The translations under genes were made by a program, and so were the position numbers. DNA of 64,000 nt, from positions 124,001 to 188,000 of the forward strand of contig CBFFRQ010000032.1 of NCBI GenBank assembly GCA_965644315.1, written 5' to 3'. The notes beneath the pieces were generated by a model that saw only the letters and a list, made by a program, of their open reading frames with translations, was not told the origin of the DNA and ran no database searches. Source of the stretch: Caecitellus pseudoparvulus (taxonomy: Eukaryota > Protista > Bigyra: Bicosoecida). Positions 21,826-32,415 of the stretch are shown one piece after another (the first letter of the stretch is position 1; every line of letters begins with the position of its first letter).

Positions 21826-23470
21826 TCACTCCTCCCCCGCACGCTTCCTGCACTTCCCACCACCACCTCGCAGCACCTTCAACTTGGCCACGCGCTTCGC
21901 CACGTGGCGCTTCTTCGCCTGTGCCTTCCGACTCCGGCGTGCAGCAGCTGCTGCCGGGTTCGCCACCGCCTCCTGCGCCAATTGCTTCGCCCGCCGCTCC
22001 TTCGCCGCCGCCCTGGCCTGCCGCTCGCCGTTGTGCGCCGTCAGGAACACATCTGCACCCATGGCAGCCTGCACCGCCTCCATGACCTCCGACGCCAAGC
22101 CACCTGCCTCCGCTGCAGCGGCCGCCTGCTGGCCTTGTTCCGACCAAGATGGCGCATCGGCCAGGCGGGGGTCGCTGGCCACGTGCTCTGCCGCCTGCAC
22201 AGTGTGGAACACTGCCCGCGCCACCGGCACCACGTAGCGCTGCAGGCCCGCCTGGAGCACCTGCCCAGCCATGGCCCCGAACACGTTCAGCGCCGTGGTG
22301 GCCGCCGGCCCGCCCTTGTGCACTGCCGTGTTGCTGAGGCGCTGCAGCAGCCAGAACAGCGGGTCACGCGCACCACCGCCGTCGTCGTCTTGGGCAGTGT
22401 GTGTGGGGGGCGAGCTGTCCTGCTGCACCGCCTTGCCGCCCACCACCTCCATGCCACCCACAAGCAGGGTGCACTTGCTGGCCAAGCGAGCCGTGCGCTG
22501 GGCAAGGTGGGGCGAGATGGTGTTGCGGGAGCTGGGCGGGGGCGTGGCGTACAGCCCCACCGCCGTGAACAGAAGCACCGGTGCCAAAGCCGTGCCCTGC
22601 TCCCTACTCAGCGTACCGTCCGCCAGCTGCACACAGGCTGCCCGGGCCAGGGCGAACAGGCGCTCATCCTCAGCCAGCCACGCCACCACGCCAGGCGGTG
22701 GGGGGCAGCTCCCCACGCTCGCCACTGCCGCGGTGTTCAAGACGGCGCCCAGCCACCTGGCTGCTGCCGCCAGCACCCACGCGTGAGGGAACACCATGAT
22801 GTCGATCAGGGCATCCAGAGATGTCCACAGCGCACTGTGAAGTGTGGTGATGGTGGTGGCGTCTGACTCTTGTGCCTTCCCTGACTTGCGCCGCCGCTTC
22901 GTGCCGCTGGCAGGCGTACCACCACTGCCACTCCGAACACCGGCCGCTGCCTCGCTCAGCACACGGGGATGTGCCTCCCACAGACGCTGCAGGAGGGTGC
23001 AGGCGTAGTTCGCCGTATCCCACGGCAGGGCTGCGGCAGCCTTGCGGGCCTGCGCCTGAGCCGCACGCTACGTAGCCACGGCAGGCGTCACGATACGCCC
23101 CCACCTGTCCACATCACCGTCACACCTGCCATCACTGTCGTCGCCCTCCAGCTTCCCCCCGCCACTCCACTCCACTCGGCACGGCACGGGCAGTGCCAGG
23201 CGCACTGGCTTGCCCGGACCCACTCGCCGCACCCAGCAACGCCAGACTGCCCCCCCCTACCACCTCACCCTCCACGTTGCTCCCATCGCCATCGCCATCA
23301 TTTGCCGCTGCGGCATCCTCCTCCAGGTGCTGGGCGTGCCGCATGGCTGCCGAGGCAGCGTCACTCGCCTGCGCCTCCTGCACGCCCTCAGGTACAGGCG
23401 CCAGGGCTGACCCATCAGTCCGCCCTTTCCCTCACATGTCGTGCAGTCTTCGCTGTTGGGTAGACGCTTT
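21826..23470 (-). pseudogene. UTP20: 5'-truncated UTP20 (small-subunit processome) C-terminal fragment, copy 1
   Basis: PHAWVLAAAARWLG and EAVQAAMGADVF...ERRAKQLAQEAVANPAAAAARRSRKAQAKKR resemble the UTP20 C-terminus. In-frame TAG near 23069 where copy 2 has CGG; the fragment starts abruptly at the repeat junction. Confidence 0.7.
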
Positions 23471-23596
23471 GTGGAGCCCCCCCACGCAGCTGCCATGCCG
23501 CCAAAGGCAGAGGCAGAGGCAGAGGCAGCAGCTGGCGGGGCGGATGACACGGCTTCGCCCCCCGCGAAACGCCAGGCTGTCGAGACGTCTGAGTGA
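23471..23596 (+). repeat. Direct repeat copy 2 (DusA 3' end duplicate)
   Basis: Encodes VEPPHAAAMPPKAEAEAEAAAGGADDTASPPAKRQAVETSE* with no indels. Confidence 0.95.
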
Positions 23597-24113
23597 CCCA
23601 CATCGGAAGCAAGATGGTCTGACGGGTGCGAGAATGCACTGGCACAACGCCGCCTGGAGCAGTGTGCCTCTTGCAAGCTGCGAAGGTGTTCCCCACATGC
23701 AGGTCTTGACATGGAGAGCACCCAGAAGCTAACGGCAGACCCGTTGCATGTGCAGCAGGAATCTCAAGGGTGTCCTGCAAGCTCTTTACGCATTTTTGCT
23801 GAGATGCCAGACACTTGGTCGAGCGGAGCCGGACACCTTTGAAATGCCTGCCACCAATTTACACCTCAACGCATTCCCACACACACCTGTGGTATCACTG
23901 AACATCTACACATCCTTGTGCCTGGCGTCTTGTCTTTACTCCTGGCCGCCACAGGTTAGCGTGCACTGGTGCAAGTGCGGAAGTTGCACCCTCGCACGTC
24001 AACTGCGACAACGCTTCCCTGACACACAAACACACCTACCCACTGCCAGCTCACCACAGGAGTCAGATTCACAGCACTGTCATACCTGATCAGACCCCCT
24101 GCCATCCATCGCC

Positions 24114-26913
24114 ATGGTACGTGGGCGTGAGCATGGTGCCTGGCTTTCGCCAGCACTTGCGCCAGAGCGTGTCGCCCACACCACAGCACAGAGCGCCCTG
24201 CCCCCCACCACCACAACAGGCAGCAGCCACAGGACAACCTATTGAGGGCAGCACAATAGCCACTGCAGGCATCGACGTCACACAGGCTGAGGGGGTGGCG
24301 GCATGCTTGGGCAAGATGAAGTGCTTGCCAGGCCGCGCCATGGCCCACGGCCCAGCACTGCGAGGACTGGCAGCCATTGGGCGTGGCGAGGCGCCGGCTG
24401 CAGGCGACGCCCCATCGGCCATGAGCCTGGTGGAGCTGGAGGCTGCACTGCGTGATGCGGGGAGTGCGCTGTTGGAGCAAGTTGGGCTGTTGGCGGGGCA
24501 GCGTGAGCGAGGTGGTGTGTGTGCTGCGCTGCAATACCTGTCGTTCCGGTGCTTCGCCGCGGTGGATGTGCTGCATCAGGCGGCATCTGGTGTGAGTGTC
24601 GATGCAGTGCCGGAGGGTGACGCACTTTGGGGCGCCATTGTTGGTGCTTGGGGCAGTGTGCGGGCCGGTGTGAATATGGAGGGTGCGCTGGCTGACCTGA
24701 CGCGATGGTGGCAAGGCTTCGAGAGGGCCGATGTGGATGTAGCTGGTGAGGGTGGCCCAGTCACACATGGTGCTGGTGGTGAGGCGGCGACGGATGCGGC
24801 TTTGGCTGGCATGCGTCAACAGGCTGAGTGGCTGCGAGGCGAGGCGGCAGGCGATCTGACGAGTGAGAGTGCCGCGAAGCACTTGGAGTGTGCTGCGAGT
24901 TCAGTAGAGGAGCTGTGTGGGCAGTTGGGGTGTGCGCCGGTGATGAGCGGTCGGAAGGTGAGGGCTGTGGGTGGGTTGGACTTGTCGGGTGGCATGGGGT
25001 GCCTGAACGGCAAGGATGTGAGTGTGTACAGTGGACGGGTTGAGATCGTGGATGAAGATATCGATAGAGCTGAGGATGTGGAGCAGTGGGCGGCAAGTGT
25101 GGAGGCGGGTGTGAGGGCGCTTACCACGAGTGTTGGCGCCGTGAAGCGTGGCGAAGCGGCTCGCATTGCCAAAGGACTGCCACGGATGGCACAGACTCCA
25201 CGCAAGGCAGCGTTGAATCACATCTGTGGTGGTGGTCGAGCTGATGAGCCGGTTGGCGAGAGAAGCAGTGTCACAGTGCAGGTGCAGTGTGAGGCGGGTT
25301 GGCCGCTGAGGGTGTTCCTGGAGGATGAAGCGTGGGGCGATGTTGGGCTGGAGGTGAAGCAGCGCGTGGCTGTGAGGGTGCTGGGTGTGTGTGCTGTGGC
25401 GGAGGCGTGTGGAGTGAGTCTGAATGGTGTGGGTGTGGGGAGCTTTGTGGTTGTGGGTGTGAGGAGTGGCGGTGTGGGTGATCTGTTGGGGGCACTGGAT
25501 AGGGGTGGGATTGAGGTGGTGTTGAGTGCATGTGGCCGTGTGTGGAGTACAGGTAGCTCTGATGGTGAGAGTGGTGCTGGTAAGGGTAGTGGTGTGTTGA
25601 GTGTGCTGCGTGAGGTGCTTGGTGTCGGAGGCGGTGCGTTGGGTGGCGGCTCGGGCGTTGGGTCGCTGTCTGTGGGGAGCGGTGAGGGTGGTGAGCATGC
25701 ATTGTCGAGTGCGTTGGGGGTGTTGGGGCGGGGAGGGAGTGGTTGCTGCATGGGTGCTTATGCGATGGCGTGTGGGGGGCTTGGGGGTGGAGTGGGGCGC
25801 TTGTCGGGTGTGGAGAGTGCTGTGCGGAGGGTGCCAGATGGAGAGCAGGCAGCCGGTGCGGCAGGTCAGGCGCAGGCAGCCGAAGCTGCGGCATCAGCTG
25901 GAGAATCGGACCCAGCCCCTGAGGTGGAGAAATTTAGAGAAGAGAACACTGCTGAGTTTGTAGAAGCGTGTAAGGAGGGTAAACTTGTGAGAGTGCAGGA
26001 GCTGCTTGCGTTGAGGGGGGACGAGGCAGTGGATGTGCACGCAGATGGATTCGTTTCGACCGGACCATTTCGCAGTAGTACAGGGCCAGAGGCTGCTTTC
26101 CGATGGGCATGTGTGAATACTCACATAGATGTTGTGCGTGAGCTGTTGGGCCTGACTGGGGCGCGGGAGGTGGATGTGCACGCTGCGGATGGGGCTGGTC
26201 GTGAGGCCGCCTTCCGATTCGCATGCCACAGAGGCAATATAGATGTTGTGCGTGAGCTGCTAGCCCTCACTGGGGCGCGGGAAGTGGACGTGCATGCGGC
26301 GGCTTGGGGCGGGCCTGAAGCTGCCTTTCGGTATGCATGCCGTTGGGGCCACATCGACACTGTGCGTGAGCTGCTGGCCCTGACTGAAGCGCGGGAAGTG
26401 GATGTGCATGCTGCGGATGAGCATGGACCTGAAGCCGCCTTCCGACACGCATGTGCCAGTGGCCACACAGACATCGTGCGTGAGCTGCTGGCGCTGACTG
26501 GGGCACGTGCAGTGGATGTGCACGCGGCGGACGACATTGGGCCTGAGGCTGCCTTTCGACTGGCATGCACCTGGGGTCATACAGACATCGTGCGAGAGCT
26601 GCTGGCTCTCAGTGGGGCGCGGGCAGTGGATGTGCATGCGGCGGATCGCGCTGGACATGAGGCCGCCTTCCGATGTGCATGCGCCAATGGCCGCATATCC
26701 ATCGTCCGTGAGCTGCTGGCCCTCACTGGGGCGCGGGAAGTGGATGTGCACGTGGCGGCATACGGGGGATCAGAGGCCGCCTTCCAGTACGCATGCCACT
26801 ATGGCCACACAGACACCGTGCGTGAGCTGTTGGTCCTCACTGGAGATCGCAGGATCTCAGACAGCATGAGACAGCGAGCCGCCAAGTTTGAGAGCTTGAG
26901 AGACTTGATCTGA
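24114..26913 (+). CDS. Variable ankyrin-repeat receptor-like protein B (N-cap plus 7 x 38-aa repeats, the last merging into a C-cap)
   Basis: ATG(24114)-intron(24117-24219)-exon in frame with ORF 24121..26913. Repeats at 26083, 26197, 26311, 26425, 26539, 26653, 26767. Confidence 0.87.
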
Positions 26914-27047
26914 TCCATCCCTTCAAATGAAGGCCAGTGCACCATGTGGCAAACCCGATACATTTCTGAAGCCAGCACGGGCCTCATCGCAATCCACCAC
27001 ACACGACAAAGCACCTCGCTTCACCTCTGTCCCCACACACCCCGCTT

Positions 27048-28743
27048 TCACACCTGCAAAACATCTCCCTCCACACCCCACACCAACGCCTCGCACTCCT
27101 CCCGCACCCGCTTCCTGCCCTTCCCACCACCGCCTCGCAGCACCTTCAGCTTGTCCATGCGCTTCGCCACGTGGCGCTTCTTCGCCTGTGCCTTCCGACT
27201 CCGGCGTGCTGCACCTGCTGCCGGGTTCACCACCGCCTCCTGCGCCACGTGCTTCGCCCGCCGCTCCTTCGCCGCCGCCCTGGCCCGCCGCTCGCCGTTG
27301 TACGCCGTCAGGAACACATCTGCACCCATGGCAGCCTGCACCGCCTCCATGATCTCCCACACCAAGGCCCCTGCCTCTGCTGCAGCGGCCGCCTGCTGTG
27401 CCTGCTCTGACCAGGATGGCGCGTCGGCCAGGCGGGGGTCGCTGGCCAACTGCTCTGCCGCCTGCACAGTGCGGAACACTGCCCGTGCCACCGGCACCAC
27501 GTAACGCTACCGGTCCGCCTGCGGCAAGTGCCCAGCCATGGCCCCGAACACGTTCAGCGCCGTGGTAGCCGCTGGCCCACCCTTGTGCACTGCCGTGTTG
27601 CTGAGGCGCTGCAGCAGCCAGAACAGCGGATCACGCGCACCACCGCCGTCATCTTGGGCAGTGTGTGTGGGGGGCGAGCTGTCCCGCTGCACTGCCTTGC
27701 CGCCCACCACCTCCACGCCACCCACGAGCAGGGTGGACTTGCCGGCCAAGCGAGCCGTGCGCTCGGCGAGGTGGGGCGGGATGATGTTGCGGGAGCTGGG
27801 CGGCGTCGTGGCGAACAGCCCCACCGCCGTGAACAGCAGCACCGGCGCCAGAGCCGTGCCCTGCTCCCTGCTCAGCGTACCGTCCGCCTGCTGCACACAG
27901 GCTGCCCGAGCCAGGGCGAACAGGTGCTCATCCCCAGCCAGCCACGCCGTCACACCAGGTGGTGGGGGGCAGCTCCCCACGCTCGCCACTGCCACGGTGT
28001 TCAGGACGGCGCCCAGCCACCTGGCTGCTGCAGCCCGCACTCACACGTGACGAAACACCATGATGTCGGTCAGAGCATCCAGAGACGTCCACAGCGCATT
28101 TTGCAACGTGGCCGCAGTGGTGGCGTCTGCCTCTTGCGCCTTCCCAGCCTTGCGCCACCGCTTTGTGCCGCTGGCAGGCATCACGCCACTGCCACTGCCA
28201 CAGGCACCGGCCGCTGCCTCACTCAGCACACGGGGATGTACCCCCCACAGGCGCTGCAGGAGGGTGCAGGCGTAGTACGCCGTGTCCCACGGCAGGGCTG
28301 CGGCAGCCCTGCGGGCCTGCGCCTGAGCGGCACGCCGCGCAGCCACGGCAGGCGTCACCACATGCCCCCACCTGTCCACATCCCCATCACACCTGCCATC
28401 ACAGTCATCATCCTCCACCTCCCACCCGCCACCCGCCACTCCACTCGGCACGGCACGGGCAGTGTCAGGCGCACTTGCCTGCCCCGACCCACTCGCCGCA
28501 CCCAGCAACGCCAGACTGCCCCCCCCCTACCACCTCACCCTCCACGTTGCTCCCATCACCATCATCATCACCATCCGCCGTCGCGGCGTCCTCCTCCAAG
28601 TGCTGGGCGTGCCGCATGGCTGACGAGGCAGCGTCACTCGCCTGCACCGCTTGTACGCCATCACGTGCAGGCGCCAGGGCTGACCCATCAGTCCGCCCTT
28701 TCCCTCACATGTCGTGCAGTCTTCGCTGTTGGGTAGACGCTTT
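27048..28743 (-). pseudogene. UTP20: 5'-truncated UTP20 C-terminal fragment, copy 2
   Basis: Paralogue of copy 1, broken into three ORFs (28041..28508, 27507..28040, 27048..27500). TGG>TGA at 28041 and a stop/frameshift near 27505. Confidence 0.7.
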
Positions 28744-28869
28744 GTGGAGCCCCCCAACGCAGCTGCCATGCCGCCAAAGGCAGAGGCAGAGGCAGAGGCC
28801 GCAGCTGGCACAACGGATGACACGGCTTCGCCCCCCGCGAAACGCCAGGCTGTGGAGGCGTCTGCGTGA
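28744..28869 (+). repeat. Direct repeat copy 3 (DusA 3' end duplicate)
   Basis: Encodes VEPPNAAAMPPKAEAEAEAAAGTTDDTASPPAKRQAVEASA* with no indels; downstream sequence diverges into unique DNA. Confidence 0.93.
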
Positions 28870-29099
28870 CCCACATCGGAAGCAAAGCTTAAGCATCTTG
28901 GGGAATGCACTCAGACTGCGCCGCGTGTGGCGAACTGCTCCTTCGCCAGGAATGGACGCGGCGCCAGGGCCCACCACATTCCCAGCGCACAGTCAATTTC
29001 CGAACGACAGCAACAGACACAGCCAACCTGTGCAACTTTGCAGCGCCATTTTGTGACAGCCTGACCAGCCTGTACCGCAGGTTGCTCGCGTCTCAAGTC

Positions 29100-31107
29100 A
29101 TGGCTCGAAGCACCTGCCTCGCGCTCGTCGCGTGTGCCGGCCTTGCCGCCGTGCGGGCCACTGGCATCACCATGGCCTTGACGAATGCAGGCGTGCAAGA
29201 CCTCGCAAGTGTCGCCAAGGACATCATCGCCGAGAAGTTCGGCACGCTGACCGTCGCAGGTGAGAGCGGCGCTCGAGGCGCGGCCAGGTGCACTGCACAA
29301 GCCCCCAGGGCGGCTCGTTTCCTGGGCCCTTCCTGCCCCCTGTGCGGTGCCCCTGCGCGGCATCGTCGAGTGATCTATTTCATACATTCTTTGAACTCGT
29401 TACCCTTTATGTTTGCTTTCTGAGTGTACCTGGTGCAGCTGGACCGCCCCACTGGCTTCTGCGTGCGGAATTTGCGTTGCCAGAATGTGATGCACTTCTC
29501 TCCCATCCTGCGGCTTGCCTGCGCAGAGAACAAAATGGAGAAGGACGGCCTGGACATTACTCTTAGTGATCTAACCGTCAGCGGCCTGACCGTGGGCGAC
29601 GTGCAGAGTGCGTTCAAGCGGCGCCGCCTCGCGAAGCTGGCCTCCGCTCAACCCGTCGCCCCTTCCCTGCGCCACAGTGCAACTGGCTCCCAGTGCGGGC
29701 CTGTCCATGCTGGCCCAGGACATCAACGTGGAGGCCCTCAGCGCCAATTGGGCCTACCAGCTGCACATCTGGCCCCACGTGCCGTACGGCAGCGGCGTCG
29801 TGACTGGCTCCGTGGCTTCCTGCTCGGCCAAGGTGCTCGCCACAGTGTACACGCTGCCGGGGGGCCATTTGAACGCGACCATCGACACCGTGGACATCAG
29901 CGTGGGGGACGTCACCCTGCACTTCTCCGGCGGCATCACCGCCTGGATCCTGGACCTGCTCAAGGGCCTGCTGAAGGGGGTCTTCAAGAGCGCCATCGCG
30001 GGGGGCCTGGAGGACACGCTGCGGGAGCTGGTCGCAGACGACGTCGACAGCATCCTCGCGACCTTCCCTACACAGCAGCCCCTGCCCCTGCCCGCCCCCT
30101 ACAACGTCTCTGGCATCGACATCGCAGTCACGGCTGGGCCAGCCTTCACGGCGCAGTACTTTGGCATTGGCATTTCAGGGGCGGGGTATGTTCTGAGCGA
30201 CCCCGCCAAGCCCCCCCCCTTCACCCCACCAACCAACCTGTCCCTGTGGGATGCCCGTACCGCTGAGTACTACGCACAGGTGGCCGTGTCCACTTTCTCC
30301 GTGCAGAGCCTGTTCTGGTCGCTGCAGGAGGGCGGCGTGCTGCGTTACACGGTGCTGCCCACCGACGTGCCAGCGGACTTTCCCCTGCAGCTCAAGACCA
30401 GCGACATCGCCTGGGATGCCATCGCGCCGGGGCTGGTCAAGGCCTACCCAAACATGTGGGTGCAGCTGGCGGCGCATTTTGGCGAGGCCTTCAAGGTCAC
30501 TGCCTCCGAGGCCGGCAACTCCTTCGCCGTGACGCTGCCGCTGGCACTGGACATCCAGCCGCAGACGCCAAGCGGCCCCGTGACAGCCTTCACCGTGGGC
30601 TGCCCCCTCGCCACGCAGATGCGTGTGTCTGTGAACCAGAACGGCACGGGGCAGGTGATCGCGGGCAGTCTGGACTTCGTCACGTGCGACCTGGGCGTCA
30701 CAAACTCCTCCGTCGGCAAGGTCACCATCGGCCTCCTGACAACCGTCGTGAACTGGGCTCTGCCCACCCTCGTCCTGCCCTTTGCCAACAGCCTGCTGCA
30801 GGAGGGCTTCCCCCTGCCCAGCGTGGACGGCGTCACCCTCACCAACACCACCGTCGCCTTCCGCGACAACTACGCCGTGCTGGCCTCCAACCTGGACGTG
30901 AACATCTCCGCCCTCCCCTTCAACTTCTCCAGCACCCTGCGCAGCTACTCAGCCGACCTCACCAGCCACTCCACCGTGTCAGGCGTCGCGAACCTGCCTG
31001 TGCCCGCCAGCCAGCCCCTGTTTTTCGGCGGCAAGGAGGCGTCAGGGCGCGTGCTGCAGCCTTCCGAGGGGGCGCAGCGCAACCAGCGTCGCCTGCGAGG
31101 CGTTTGA
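29100..31107 (+). CDS. BPI/LBP/CETP family lipid (LPS)-binding secreted protein (2 introns)
   Basis: Signal peptide MARSTCLALVAC..., GITMALTNAGVQ, VTLHFSGGITAWILDL, and C-terminal LPFANSLLQEGFPLPSVDGVTLTNTTVAFRDNY typical of the BPI C-terminal domain. Confidence 0.82.
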
Positions 31108-31346
31108 AGTGACGTGGCAGAGGCCCGTGCATTGAGCAGTCACGTGCACCGGCAAGCCAGTGCGGGGGGGGCGCGTGCAAGCTTCGGCTGCTGCTTGAGC
31201 AAAGGGGGGGTGGCCGGGGCAGCAGAGGGGTTCTTTGCGGAAAACAGAAGCGGGTAGCGCACAAATTCCGCCCACCACGCCAATGCACGCCATTGCCTCA
31301 CCTGCAGCTCCCGCGCTTCTACACCGCGACCAAACACCTCCCCGCC

Positions 31347-32304
31347 ATGTCTGCCCTTCGCCTGGGCGACGCCCTCCCCGCCAAGACCCTGGAAACGAGC
31401 CATGGGGCCATCAACCTGAGCGAGGTGAGCGGCGAACCGAGCCTCAATGCGCCGCCACTTTGGCGCCTGCACGCCCGCCGCCCACTCCACTGCGCAGTAC
31501 TTCAAGGACTCTTGGGGCATCATTTTCTCCCACCCACGAGACTTCACGCCCGTCTGCACAACGGAGCTGGGCACGGTGCGTGCCCGCTGTGCATTCCGTG
31601 GAACTGCAACGGGCCGCTGACCCTTGCAGACACCACACACGCACACCCTGCGCGCCAACACAGGTGGGCAAGATCTTGCCAGACCTGGACGCACGAGGTG
31701 TCAAGGTGCTGGCGCTGTCGGTGGACTCGGTGGAGTCACACAAGGCGTGGACAAAGGTGCGGAGCTGGCGCGCTCTTGCACTCAATCAACGAAGCCCACA
31801 CATTGCAGGCCACACACCCCCCCCCGCCGCCGCTGCCTGCAGGACATTGAGGCCACCAGCGGGGTGTCTGTGACGTTCCCCATCATTGCCGACCCTGATC
31901 GGGAGTTCGCCACTGAGCTGGGCATGCTGGACCCAGATGAGAAGGATGACACAGGCTTGCCCGTGACGGTGCGGGCTGTGCTCATTTTCAACCCTGCCGG
32001 GACACTTGCGCTGAGCATCACGTACCCACCCGCTGTGGGGCGCAACTTCAAGGAAGTCTTGCGAGTTGTGGACGCCCTGCAGCGCGCAGCCGTGCACCCC
32101 GTCGCCACACCTGCCAACTGGGAGCCCGGCCAGCAAGTCATGCTGCAGCCGAGTCTGTCAGCCGAGCAGGCGGCGACGCAGTTCCCCGCCCACACTGTCA
32201 CGGACGTGCCTTCAGGCAAGGGCTACATCCGCATGGCAGCTGACCCTGAACCCGAGGCGGTGACCAAGCTCCCAGCTGCGGCCGGGGCTGCCGGCAGCGC
32301 CTGA
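31347..32304 (+). CDS. PRDX6: 1-Cys peroxiredoxin (Prx6 subfamily), 3 introns
   Basis: [76 protein letters not shown]. Confidence 0.95.
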
Positions 32305-32415
32305 GTACATGTACGAGGAGGGCAGGCACGGCATGGCAATGCAAGAGACCTGCATTTAAATCGACTGCACATGCTTTGCGTGGAGAGGGCACCAGGCTCT
32401 GCCTGCCCCTGCCAC

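Larger units (their letters stand above)
18489..23470. repeat. Tandem cassette unit 1 (4982 bp)
   Basis: Collinear with 23471-28743: DusA tail, upstream region, ankyrin gene, inverted UTP20 fragment. Confidence 0.92.
23471..28743. repeat. Tandem cassette unit 2 (5273 bp)
   Basis: Collinear paralogue of unit 1, longer mainly through 3 extra ankyrin repeats. Confidence 0.92.

Noticed and set aside
26083-26850. 114-bp periodic array as CRISPR or TALE-like DNA-binding repeats
   Set aside because: There are no repeat-spacer boundaries and variation is codon-wise within an ORF. The consensus is ankyrin-like (ACxxGHxDIVRELL), not TALE.
18489-28869. Diversity-generating retroelement or autonomous transposon (Helitron/Polinton/virophage) explaining the cassette
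   Set aside because: No reverse transcriptase, transposase, integrase, capsid, terminal inverted repeats or template repeat is visible, and variation is not adenine-specific.
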